Assembly: GCA_048885925.1 (NCBI GenBank)
Contig: JBHLLG010000004.1
Location: 32,001 to 96,000, forward strand
DNA length: 64,000 bases
Reading direction: 5' to 3'
Source: Candidatus Hermodarchaeota archaeon
GTDB lineage: Archaea; Asgardarchaeota; Lokiarchaeia; Sigyniarchaeales; SOKP01
The translations under genes were made by a program, and so were the position numbers. The notes beneath the pieces are model-generated. The model was not told the DNA's origin. It was given only the letters and a program-made list of their open reading frames with translations, and ran no database searches. Positions 1 through 9,749 of the stretch are shown piece after piece. Numbering within the stretch: position 1 is the stretch's first letter; each line of letters starts with the position of its first letter.

Positions 1-50
1 TTAAAAAATAAAAATTAGAAATAAAAAATTAATATTTTTAAGATTTTCTT

Positions 51-1229
51 TTAATTTCTCTTTTTCCCAAGAAAAGGCATAGCATGCTCATACTGTTTCA
101 TAACAAATCGTGAGATAACAATTCTTTGAATCTCACTTGTTCCTTCATAAATTTGATAGAGTTTTGCATCTCTAAATAATTTCTCGACAGGATATGTCCT
201 TAAGTAACCATAACCCCCAAATATTTGAACTGCTTCCGTTGTTACGTTCATAGCGACATCCGAAGCGAAAGCTTTAGCTATTGAGGAACTCAAATTATTA
301 TCCATACCTTGATCAGCTTCCCATGCTGCTTTATAAGTCAATAACCGAGCAGCTTCAATATCTTTATACATGTTAGCTATTTTTTCTTGAATAACTTGAT
401 AATTTCCAATTGGTCTTCCAAAAGCTTCTCTCTTTTGAGCATAATCGAGAGAATATTCCATCGCGGAACGAGCACAACCACATGCAAACGCACCTATTGC
501 AGGGCGAGTATGAGCAAATGTTTGCATAGCCAAAACAAATCCTCTTCCTGGTTTAGCTAGAATATTTTCTTTTGGGATCCTTACATCTTTTAAACCAACT
601 GATACCGTGTTTGACGATCTTTGACCTAATTTAGGGATATGTTTACCTAATCTTACTCCTTCGCTTTTCGTATCTACAATAAAAGCTGCGATCCCTTTAT
701 GTTTTTTTTCAGGATCTACAGTCGCAAACACGGTAATATAATCAGCAAATCCTCCGTTAGTAATCCAAAACTTATTTCCATTTAATATAAATTCATCTCC
801 ATCTTTTTCTGCTAGACATTTCATTCCAGCAACATCAGAACCCATCGTTGGTTCAGATGTAGCAAAAGCAATCAATTTAAACTCATTAACTAATTCACTT
901 AAAATCCTTTTTTTTTGCTCTTCATTCCCTCCTATAACAATAGGTTCAGCACCTAGGTTATTATCAAAGATTGAAGTTGCAATTCCAGGACATGCCGAAG
1001 ATATTTCCTCAACAACAAGACAGGAGCTTAATAAACCAAGGCCAGGACCACCATACTCTTTGGGTATTCCTAAATTTAATAATTTTTCCTCCCAAGCTTT
1101 TTTAATAACTGGTAATGGAAATTCTTCAGATTCATCATATTTTTGCGCTACTGGTAAAACTTCGCGAATTGCAAACTCTCTTGCTTTTTTTTGTAATGCT
1201 TTTTGCTCCTCATTTAGCATGAAATCCAT
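51..1229 (-). CDS. Acyl-CoA dehydrogenase
   Basis: Motifs FATSEPTMGSD, NGNKFWITNGG and QIFGGYGY...YEGTSEIQR. Confidence 0.95.
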   Translation of the reverse strand: MDFMLNEEQKALQKKAREFAIREVLPVAQKYDESEEFPLPVIKKAWEEKLLNLGIPKEYGGPGLGLLSSCLVVEEISSACPGIATSIFDNNLGAEPIVIGGNEEQKKRILSELVNEFKLIAFATSEPTMGSDVAGMKCLAEKDGDEFILNGNKFWITNGGFADYITVFATVDPEKKHKGIAAFIVDTKSEGVRLGKHIPKLGQRSSNTVSVGLKDVRIPKENILAKPGRGFVLAMQTFAHTRPAIGAFACGCARSAMEYSLDYAQKREAFGRPIGNYQVIQEKIANMYKDIEAARLLTYKAAWEADQGMDNNLSSSIAKAFASDVAMNVTTEAVQIFGGYGYLRTYPVEKLFRDAKLYQIYEGTSEIQRIVISRFVMKQYEHAMPFLGKKRN

Positions 1230-1245
1230 TATTATTTCTCTCCTT

Positions 1246-2451
1246 TTACCCCATTTTCTTTATTAATTTATCCACAATATTCTTAAAGTCCAAATCTTCT
1301 GGTCTTGGAACAAATTTTATTTCGATTATTTCTTCCATCACATCAATTTTAGCAGCTTTCATTAATTCAACAATTTCTTTTACTGCTCCTCCACCCCAAC
1401 CATATGAACCAAAAGCCAACCCAACTTTATTCATTGGCTTTAAACCTTTTTGATAAGATAAGTATTCTGCAACAGTTGGATATAATCCGTTATTTAGGGT
1501 AGGACTTCCAACTAAGATAGCTTTAGCTTTCATAGCCTCCGTAATTACATCTGAATAGTCAGCATTAGTTAATCTATACCTTTTTACTGGAATTCCTCGA
1601 AGTTTAATTTCATTTGTTAATGCTTTAGCTATTTTTGCAGTACTTTCCCACATTGAATCGTATACAATGAGGACGCTTTTTACATCAATTTCTCCCTTAC
1701 TCCATTTTGTATATCTCTCCAATATCTCTGGAATATGACTTCTCCAACAAATCCCGTGAGATGTACAAATAACTTCAATTGGTAAGGATCCAACTTTAGG
1801 TAAAGCTTTTGCTATTAACCCAGAAAGATGTTGTAATATATTGGCATAATATTTCTCTGCTTCTTGAAACACTTCACTAAGATCATTTTCATCATCCCAA
1901 CGTTTTGATGTTGCATAATGTTGTCCAAATGCATCATTTGAAAACAATACATTTTTACCATGCTCATCACTCATAAAAGAGACCATAGAGTCAGGCCAGT
2001 GTATCATAGGAATAGGTACAAATGTAAATTTCTTACCATTTCCAATGTCTAAAGTATCTCCTTCCTCAACAGCTCTAATTCTTTTAAATAATTCATCATC
2101 TACTTCGTCATGATAATGAGCTTTTAATATATCAACCCCTCGCTTCGAAGCAATTAGCTCGGCATTAGGAAGATACTTAATAATTAATGGAAATGACCCA
2201 GAATGATCCATCTCAACGTGATTTGTTATAAAATAATCAATCTCAGAAGGATCACATATTTCTTTAATATTATGTAAAAAATATTCAAAGTAAGGACGCT
2301 TAATAGTATCAATCAATACTGTTTTTTTTCCTTTTACAATATATGCATTATAAGAACTAGCTCGATGTGTAGAATATCCATGGAAATTTCTCACTTCCCA
2401 ATCTACATAACCAACATAATAGATATCTTTCATCATTTCTAAATGTTCCAT
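1246..2451 (-). CDS. fprA: Flavodiiron protein (FprA-type O2/NO reductase)
   Basis: Metallo-beta-lactamase diiron motifs HVEMDHSG, HWPDSM, SNDAFGQH plus flavodoxin domain GSPTLN...FGSYGWGGG. Confidence 0.95.
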   Translation of the reverse strand: MEHLEMMKDIYYVGYVDWEVRNFHGYSTHRASSYNAYIVKGKKTVLIDTIKRPYFEYFLHNIKEICDPSEIDYFITNHVEMDHSGSFPLIIKYLPNAELIASKRGVDILKAHYHDEVDDELFKRIRAVEEGDTLDIGNGKKFTFVPIPMIHWPDSMVSFMSDEHGKNVLFSNDAFGQHYATSKRWDDENDLSEVFQEAEKYYANILQHLSGLIAKALPKVGSLPIEVICTSHGICWRSHIPEILERYTKWSKGEIDVKSVLIVYDSMWESTAKIAKALTNEIKLRGIPVKRYRLTNADYSDVITEAMKAKAILVGSPTLNNGLYPTVAEYLSYQKGLKPMNKVGLAFGSYGWGGGAVKEIVELMKAAKIDVMEEIIEIKFVPRPEDLDFKNIVDKLIKKMG

Positions 2452-2599
2452 TTCAATTTCACCTTTTTATAATAGGATTTGATAATTATTTCGTAATAGT
2501 AATTCAAATCAAATTAAAAACTTATATTCTATTTATTATAAAATTTTTTTAGAAATTTTGCAATGAAAAAAAAATTAAAAAGAAGTAAGATTTTATAGA

Positions 2600-2737
2600 T
2601 TATTCGATTTTCTCAAACAGATCCTTTCCCACACCACAAACAGGACAAGTCCAGTCATCTGGTAAATCTTCAAACTTGGTTCCCTCAGCTTCTTCATCAT
2701 ACACATATCCGCAAGCTTGACATTCCCATTTTCCCAT
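2600..2737 (-). CDS. Rubredoxin, 45 aa (not in ORF track)
   Basis: Manual translation [45 protein letters not shown]; canonical CxxCGY...[14 protein letters not shown]. Confidence 0.95.
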   Translation of the reverse strand: MGKWECQACGYVYDEEAEGTKFEDLPDDWTCPVCGVGKDLFEKIE

Positions 2738-2996
2738 CAATATCACTTTCACTTAATTTTAAGTTGTACTATATAATTTTATGGATTGTAATTGAATGTA
2801 TATAAAAAATATTAATTTAATATTTTATAAATATAAAACTATTCTTTTAGTGTTTCTAATTTAGGTTTTTTATTGATATTCGGGGTATAATCTATTGTTC
2901 TTCCTTAGAAAATCACAAAATTTTATGATTAAATTAATTAAATTAGATAAGAATTAGATTTATCTATTTTTATAAATAATGTTTTTTTTCATTTTA

Positions 2997-3146
2997 CTAT
3001 TTTGGTAATTCTTTTTTAAGGAAGAAATTTTTTGATGATCTGCATTTTGGGCAACTATAATCATCGCTTACCTGTTCAAATGGAACTTCCCTTTCTTCAT
3101 CAATATAAAGGTAATTACATCTTCTACAACGGTATATAGGAATCAA
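2997..3146 (-). CDS. Second rubredoxin-like protein, 49 aa, TTG start (not in ORF track)
   Basis: Manual translation MIPIYRCRRCNYLYIDEEREVPFEQVSDDYSCPKCRSSKNFFLKKELPK; two CxxC with rubredoxin spacing; begins 11 nt after the upstream stop. Confidence 0.8.
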   Translation of the reverse strand: MIPIYRCRRCNYLYIDEEREVPFEQVSDDYSCPKCRSSKNFFLKKELPK

Positions 3147-3157
3147 TAATCATCTCT

Positions 3158-4501
3158 TTATTCTTTTCTTTTATACCTACTTTTAGAAGCACCACATTCA
3201 CATTTAAAATCGTCTGGGAGATCCTTAAAAAGAACGTCCATTTTAATTTCATCGTATTCTTTGCCACAATTTTCACATTTATAAACATATAATTCTAATA
3301 ATTTTCTCAATTCATCTCTATCTACATCTTGTTCCATCTTTTTATTAACATATGAATTAGCTTTAGTTTCTCCAAATAAAATTGCTCCTTTAAGTTTATT
3401 ATCTTTTAAAATTATTTTTTGGTAGCAACAGTCTTTTTTATCTGCTTTTTTTAATATTTCCCATCCTCCACCATGTTCTTTTGAAGGATCGATTACCCCA
3501 ATTGAAGTTAAATCAAGACCTACAATTTTCAAAGTGTTCTTAGGAGTGGTTCCTTCATACTTTACTTTTTTTGCTCCAAGTACAGATGCTGCTACTATTT
3601 TTGATTGCTCCATACATGCTGGAATAATACCCCATATCTGATTTTTATATTCTATGCAATCTCCAACAGCGAATATATCTTTTATATTAGTCTCTAAGAA
3701 TTCATTTACAATAATACCTCTGTTTGTTTCAATATTTGCATCTTTAGCGATATCTATTGTTGGGGTAATTCCGGCTTGTATTAAAACAAGATCTGCTTCT
3801 AATTTCTTTCCACCTTTTAACTTTATTCCAGAAACTTTCCCATCTCCGAGGATTTCCTCTGTTACCGCATCTAAAACCACCATTATTCCTCTATTTTCAA
3901 TTTCTTCTTTTAACATAGTACCACATTCAGCATCTAATTGCCTGGGAAGCAATTGAGGAAAAAATTCAACTACAGTTGTATCTAACTTACAAAATTTTAT
4001 TTGGTTTGCCAATTCTAAACCAAGTAATCCGCCTCCAATTATAATAGCCTTCTTAACTTCATTTTTTTTAATATGATTTTTTATTTCAAGCGCATCATCA
4101 ATATTTCGTAGTGTAAATACTCCTTTTTTGTTAATATTCATTTCAATTGCATTTTTAATTGGAGGTATATTTGGAGTACTACCTAAAGCTAAAATTAACT
4201 TATCATATCCAATAGAATTATTTTCTCCATTGAGATATATTTCTTTAACCTTAGGATCAATGCTATTAACTTTTTTATTTAAATATAAATTCAATTCTTT
4301 ATTTTTATACCAATCTTCTTTGAAAACAATTAAATCTTCAATCTTTACATTATCGGAGATTAATTCGGGTAATTTAACTCGAGTATAATATGGATAGCTC
4401 TCTTGAGTATAAATTTCAATTTCAACATGATTATTAAGATAACGGATATTTTGAGCGGTAAAGGTACCCGCTACATTATTCCCTATTATAATAACTTTCA
4501 T
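3158..4501 (-). CDS. NAD(P)H:rubredoxin oxidoreductase-like flavoprotein with C-terminal rubredoxin-like domain
   Basis: FAD/NAD motifs IIIGNNVAG, IIGGGLLGLE, IFAVGDC; C-terminal YKCENCG...FKDLPDDFKCECG. Confidence 0.85.
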   Translation of the reverse strand: MKVIIIGNNVAGTFTAQNIRYLNNHVEIEIYTQESYPYYTRVKLPELISDNVKIEDLIVFKEDWYKNKELNLYLNKKVNSIDPKVKEIYLNGENNSIGYDKLILALGSTPNIPPIKNAIEMNINKKGVFTLRNIDDALEIKNHIKKNEVKKAIIIGGGLLGLELANQIKFCKLDTTVVEFFPQLLPRQLDAECGTMLKEEIENRGIMVVLDAVTEEILGDGKVSGIKLKGGKKLEADLVLIQAGITPTIDIAKDANIETNRGIIVNEFLETNIKDIFAVGDCIEYKNQIWGIIPACMEQSKIVAASVLGAKKVKYEGTTPKNTLKIVGLDLTSIGVIDPSKEHGGGWEILKKADKKDCCYQKIILKDNKLKGAILFGETKANSYVNKKMEQDVDRDELRKLLELYVYKCENCGKEYDEIKMDVLFKDLPDDFKCECGASKSRYKRKE

Positions 4502-4572
4502 AGAATAATTAGTTTATACATCTTATTTTAAAGTTTTCTTTATATATTGTAATCTCAAATTATATTCTTTAT

Positions 4573-4582
4573 GAACAAGTTC
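4573..4582. promoter_or_regulatory. Candidate palindromic operator GAACAAGTTC in the divergent oxidoreductase/cooS intergenic region
   Basis: Near-identical to GAACATGTTC at 8898-8907; function inferred. Confidence 0.3.
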
Positions 4583-4658
4583 TAAATCAAATTTAAATCA
4601 AAATGAATTATAATTTAAATTAATTAATTTTAAAAAAACTGTAAAAAAGTGGTAATTT

Positions 4659-6595
4659 ATGAAAAACGATAGAATTTCTTATCATAAGTCTGTTCAAAAA
4701 GCTTATGAAAGACTTAAAAAAGATGGCATGAATAACATTTGGGATCGCTTTGAAGCACAAGGATTTGGAGGTGTCCCTGATAAGCGATGTCCATTTTGCT
4801 TAAAAGGAGCTCGCTGTGATTTATGCTCTAATGGTCCATGTAGAGCAGATTCCTCAATTGATAAACATGGTGTATGTGGTATTACTGCAGATGGGATGGC
4901 TATGCGGATGATGCTCCTTAGAAATGTTATGGGTGCATCTACTTACCATTATCATACTGAAACGACTTTGAAGACCTTAAAGGCAACGGTAGAAGGTCAA
5001 ACTCCATTTAAAATTGCTGAACCTGATAAATTGAAAAGTTTTACCGAACGATTAGGGTTGGATACATCTGGTTCAGAGAAAGAAATTGCATTAAGCCTAT
5101 ATAACTTTGTAAAGGAAGATTTCAATAGATCCTATGATGAACCAAGTAAAATTGTAGAGAAATTAGCACCACTTGAAAGACAAGAAGTATGGAAAAAATT
5201 AGGAATTTTTCCAGGTGGACTATATGGCGAAATGATGTTCTCAACAAGCTCTTGCCTTACAAATGTAGATGGATATTATGCAAGTTTAGCTCTCAAAGCA
5301 ATGAGACTTGGGATTGCGATGGCTTACCAAAGCCAAATTGTCAATGAATTCACTCAGGATATTTTATTTAATATTCCCAGACCTCATATTATGAGAGTGA
5401 ATCTTGGGGTATTAGACCCAGATTATGTAAATGTACTCCCTAATGGCCATGAACCATTCTTAGGGTTTGCAATGGTTCAACTTGCACGTAAATCTGAATG
5501 GCAAGAAAAAGCAAAAGCCGTTGGTGCAAGAGGTCTAAGAATAATCGCAAATATTGAAACTGGGCAGGAAATGATACAAAGATGGGAAATGGATGATGTA
5601 TTTTATGGATTTACGGGAAATTGGATCATGCAAGAAGCAATTTTGGCAAGTGGTTGTATTGATGCTTTTGTTTGTGATATGAATTGCTGTATGCCAATTG
5701 ATCCTATATATGCAAAAAAATATAAATTCAAATTAGTCCCAGTCTCTGAAGTTGTAGCCTTTGAGGGCATAACTGAAAGAGTAGATTATAAACCCGATAA
5801 AGGTGAAGAACAAGCTGCAATGTTACTACAAATGGCAATAGATAATTTTAAGGAGCGCAGAGCAAACATAGAACCTATTACTGGTTTAGATATGAATGAA
5901 GCAGTAGTTGGTTTTTCAAGTGAAAGTATTGTTGCAGCTCTCGGAGGTACACTTGGACCATTACTCGATCTAATAAAGAATGGAACTATACGAGGAGTTG
6001 CTGGATTAATATCATGCACAACGCTTAGGGATTATGGACAAGATGTACATACAATTGACGTGGCTAAAGAATTAATTAAACGAGACATTTTGGTATTATC
6101 AATGGGGTGCGGTAATGGTGCATTACAAGTTGGAGGATTATGTTTACCAGAAGCTAAAGACTTGGCAGGTCCCGGTCTTAAAGCAGTTTGTGAAAAACTT
6201 GGAATTCCTCCAGTTCTTAGCTATGGAACATGTACAGATACAGGGAGAGTTGCTGATTTATTAGGCTCAATTTCCGCTGCACTTGGCGGAGTCCCAATTC
6301 CAGATTTACCCGTTGTAGCTGCAGCTCCAGAATATATTACTAATATTTTCTAGATTAGTAAGTTCCAATGGAGCAAAAAGCGTCGATAGATGCTCTCTTC
6401 GCACTGGCTTTCGGATTATATACCTACGTAAATCCTGTTCTCACAATCACGGGCGGTGCAGATTTAATGAAGTTATTAACTGAAGACTTGAAGCATCTCA
6501 CAGGTGGAGTATTACATATGGAACTTGACACAAAAGAAGCGATAGAGAATATGTTAAAGCATATTGAAGCAAATAGGAAGAAGTTAGGTATTTAA
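4659..6595 (+). CDS. cooS: Ni-CODH family protein CooS; exon 1 4659-6335, exon 2 6368-6595; 634 aa if spliced
   Basis: RCPFC...CDLCSNGPC, GVCG, NGHEP, DMNC, GLISC, MGCG, YGTCTD; the conserved APEYMEQKA motif is split by a 32-nt insert. Confidence 0.9.
6336..6367 (+). other. Candidate 32-nt bulge-helix-bulge intron in cooS mRNA
   Basis: GCUCCA/UGGAGC exon helix, GAAU/GUUC 4-bp central helix, 3-nt bulges AUA and CAA, UUACUAAU/AUUAGUAA intron stem; canonical cuts restore the frame. Confidence 0.85.
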
Positions 6596-7085
6596 AATCA
6601 AATTTCTAAATAATTAATTTTTTTTTTTCATTTTCTTTTTTCTTTAATTTTGGTTTTTGCGGTAATTATTTACAAAATCATCAACTTATTGCTGCGAATC
6701 ACCATAGAATTTATAGATGACTTTATCTTTAGAATATTCTTTTTCAACTCGAAGACTTAACTCTCTAGCTTCGAACTCAAGCATTTCTTTACTCTATTCG
6801 GTAATATAAGTGGAAAAATTCCTTCCTTTTGAAATAACACATAAATAGTGAGGGTGTATAAGAAGTTCATCTCCATCAATATTTCGATAGCGGCATCACT
6901 ACCCTTCAGACGGTGATGGAGATGGAGAAGTTGCCATCAATGGATATAATGTAATGCTAATGTTCAGTATTATAACTGGGATTAGTTTCCTTTTAATTAA
7001 GAAATTAAAGCACAAATAAATTTCTAAAATTTTTTTTCCTATTTTCTTAAGAAGATGTTATTTATACTAAATTTTTAAACTTCCC

Positions 7086-8567
7086 CTAATTATATTTAAA
7101 TTTCTTGCTTTCTTGATATCCTGTTCCAATTATTTTACCAATTTTATAATAACGATTATCTAATGCGTAGATAATTGGATCTAATTTTGTCATATCTGCA
7201 ATTGTCTGGTCTTCTTCGCTTTTAATCACAAAATCTTTACTAACATAAGATTGTACAACATCTCCAATAAAAATCTGTCTATGCTGAATTGAGAATTCCT
7301 TGATAACTTTGCATTCTAAATTCACAGGGCATTCCCGAATCATGGGTGCTGTATTTAGGTCACCATAGAAAATTTTAAATAGTTGTGACTTATCCACCTC
7401 TTTTCCAGATACTACACCGCAATAATCAGTTTTTACCAGAAGCTGAGTTGTTGGAAAATTAATACTAAAGGTTCTTTGTTCGAGAATTCCTTGATTTGTA
7501 TAATGATCTTGACCTGATGAAATGTAAACAAGAGGAGGTTTAATACCCATTATTCCGACGTCTCCCAATGTCTCAAAATTAGGTTGATTATTAACAAGTG
7601 CTCCAGCAAGAATGATCGGGACAGGATAAACTAAAGGAACTTTTCCAAATTTAACTTTTTCAGCAGAGGATAATGTTTTTATGATGAAATTATCCATTTG
7701 ATTTATTAGCCAACTTTTCAAAGGATCTTGAATGGGAACCTTTTTAAGATCTTCTGGATCCTCATAACGAGCTGTAATCAATTTATTAACATTTTTAGCT
7801 CGATAAACAAATGGGCAATTGTAATATAGATTTAATGGATAATTGTAATCAAAAGGGAGTTCATAAAGTTCAATTCTTTCCATGGTCGAGAGAATCACAC
7901 CTGATAAGATTGCTTGATGGATGAAAATAGCATAAATGTAGTTCTTATTGTAATAATCGTTAAAACATTGTTCATTATATAATTCTCTATAAGAATTCCA
8001 CCATGATTGAAGTAGTCCTTTCTCTGGTCTAACAATCAAACAACCCGCATTAAAATAAGGTCGAATCTTGTTATGGTCAACATGTGTTTTCATTGGAAAA
8101 ATCTGTTCTTTAGAGATATTACATTTTTGATACACTTGTTCCCAAAATGGATCCATTGGTTCATCATAGAATGACCCAATATTGACGTGATGAACTGGTC
8201 GATAACCTAAATTCTTATCATCATCTAAAATGAAGTGTTTTGGCTCATTAAAAATAATTGTATTTGAACCAAGCCATGCAAGAAGTCTTGCTTTTTTTTT
8301 TGCTAATGATTCAGCCTTTGCAGCAGCAAAAACATAGTTAATAAAGGGAAATTTTGGCTCATCCTCAGTTGCAAAAGGAATAAGATCAACATTCAGTGAT
8401 AAAAATAAATTTTTTAGCTCTTTATTGATATTCTCTTCCAATTCTGGGATTAACACCCAAATTGGATAATCTGATAAAGATTCTCCAAATTTACGAATAC
8501 TTGCTGCAAGGATTAGATCTTTTGGGTCTGAACAATCAGAGATATAAGCAAAAATTAATTTTTCCAT
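7086..8567 (-). CDS. Fusion of a glycosyltransferase-8-like N-terminal domain and a flavin reductase-like C-terminal domain
   Basis: YFNAGCLIVRP and LPFDYNYPL in the N-terminal part; YPVP...FSINFP...DYCGVVSG...APMIRECPVNLECKV...IFIGDV in the C-terminal part. Confidence 0.7.
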   Translation of the reverse strand: MEKLIFAYISDCSDPKDLILAASIRKFGESLSDYPIWVLIPELEENINKELKNLFLSLNVDLIPFATEDEPKFPFINYVFAAAKAESLAKKKARLLAWLGSNTIIFNEPKHFILDDDKNLGYRPVHHVNIGSFYDEPMDPFWEQVYQKCNISKEQIFPMKTHVDHNKIRPYFNAGCLIVRPEKGLLQSWWNSYRELYNEQCFNDYYNKNYIYAIFIHQAILSGVILSTMERIELYELPFDYNYPLNLYYNCPFVYRAKNVNKLITARYEDPEDLKKVPIQDPLKSWLINQMDNFIIKTLSSAEKVKFGKVPLVYPVPIILAGALVNNQPNFETLGDVGIMGIKPPLVYISSGQDHYTNQGILEQRTFSINFPTTQLLVKTDYCGVVSGKEVDKSQLFKIFYGDLNTAPMIRECPVNLECKVIKEFSIQHRQIFIGDVVQSYVSKDFVIKSEEDQTIADMTKLDPIIYALDNRYYKIGKIIGTGYQESKKFKYN

Positions 8568-8699
8568 TTAAAAACCAAGCTCATATTATTTCATTTTAAA
8601 ATGAATATTAAAACACTAATTAGTAATTAAATTATTCTGATGAATTAAATTCATTAATGAATATCATAAAAAAAGAAAATAATGAACTTATTCTTCTAG

Positions 8700-8816
8700 T
8701 TAAATCTTTTTAATCTTATCAATTAAAGCTGGAATGGGTTCTTGTAGATCTCCAAATATCCCATAATAAGCCCAATTAAAGATAGATATTTTTAGATTAT
8801 TTATCCGAGATATAGA
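8700..8816 (-). pseudogene. Remnant of the electron transfer flavoprotein alpha subunit C-terminus
   Basis: Reads RINNLKISIFNWAYYGIFGDLQEPIPALIDKIKKI*, resembling EtfA AINKDxxAPIFxxADYGIVGDLxxxxPAL; in-frame stop upstream and no start. Confidence 0.55.
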
Positions 8817-8894
8817 TTACCAATTATAGAAGATTTGAATCTCTTGAAATTCATTTTTTATATAATATGTATTTTAAATTCATTTCAATTTCTA

Positions 8895-8910
8895 TTTGAA
8901 CATGTTCGAA
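8895..8910. promoter_or_regulatory. Near-perfect palindrome TTTGAACATGTTCGAA upstream of the Fe-S protein gene
   Basis: Inverted repeat with one mismatched pair, about 40 nt before the ATG at 8947. Confidence 0.4.
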
Positions 8911-8946
8911 ATTAAAAATATATAATGACTGCCTTTTCATTTAATC

Positions 8947-9732
8947 ATGACTGAAGCAAAACAATATAAAATAGTAAAAAGAAAAATAATTAAGATCGAT
9001 GAAGATCTGTGTACAGGATGCGGAAATTGTGTAGTTGATTGTGCAGAAGGAGCTTTAAAAGTAATTGATGGAAAAGCTAGGGTTATAAATGAAATATTCT
9101 GCGATGGTCTTGGTGCATGCATTTCTGGGTGTCCTGAGGGTGCACTTGAAATAATCGAAAGAGAGGCTTTAGAGTTTGATGAGGAAGCTGTGGAAAAACA
9201 TTTAGAATCCATGAAAGATAACAAATCTGCTGAAACTGAACAAATAAAGCAAATTGTTTCTGAACATGCCCACCAATGTGGTTGTCCTTCTGCTCAAACA
9301 ATGGTTTTTGACGAACCTGAGGTACAATCTGAAGTTGCAGGAAAGATACCTTCAGCTCTACGACAGTGGCCTGTTCAAATGCACTTAATCAATCCACGAG
9401 CTCCATATTATCAAGGTGCAGATGTTCTTCTTTCAGCTGACTGTGTAGGATTTTCATATGGAGATTTTCATAGAGACTTCTTGAAGCATAAATCCATTGC
9501 TATTGCATGTCCTAAGCTTGATCAAGGAAAAGAAGTCTACATTGAAAAAATTAAATCTTTAATAGATGATGCTAAAATTAACACACTTACAGTTACCATT
9601 ATGGAAGTGCCCTGCTGTGGAGGACTATTAGCCTTAGCTCAAGAAGGCGCTAAGAGAGCAACCCGAAAAGTTCCTATAAAATATATGGTTGTAGGGATTC
9701 AAGGAAATATAATAAAAGAAGAATGGATCTAA
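8947..9732 (+). CDS. 4Fe-4S dicluster protein with Cys-rich C-terminal domain (type often found near hcp/cooS genes)
   Basis: CTGCGNCVVDC, CDGLGACISGCP, CGCP, QWPVQ, ADC, ACPKLD, MEVPCC. Confidence 0.85.
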   Translation: MTEAKQYKIVKRKIIKIDEDLCTGCGNCVVDCAEGALKVIDGKARVINEIFCDGLGACISGCPEGALEIIEREALEFDEEAVEKHLESMKDNKSAETEQIKQIVSEHAHQCGCPSAQTMVFDEPEVQSEVAGKIPSALRQWPVQMHLINPRAPYYQGADVLLSADCVGFSYGDFHRDFLKHKSIAIACPKLDQGKEVYIEKIKSLIDDAKINTLTVTIMEVPCCGGLLALAQEGAKRATRKVPIKYMVVGIQGNIIKEEWI

Positions 9733-9749
9733 TTTTTTTTTAATAATTT

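Noticed and set aside
4659-6595. cooS as a simple frameshift pseudogene or sequencing error
   Set aside because: The break is a 32-nt structured insert whose BHB cut sites coincide exactly with the boundaries needed to restore the frame, and both halves are otherwise intact
6644-6937. Coding-like minus-strand frame (MATSPSPSPSEG...FYGDSQQ...) with four internal stops
   Set aside because: No recognisable family; mixed TAG/TGA/TAA stops argue against recoding; possibly a decayed gene but unsupported
6905-6970. GGTGATGGAG...GCTAATG resembling a fluoride riboswitch
   Set aside because: The P1 partner and pseudoknot pairing are missing and there is no suitable downstream gene on that strand
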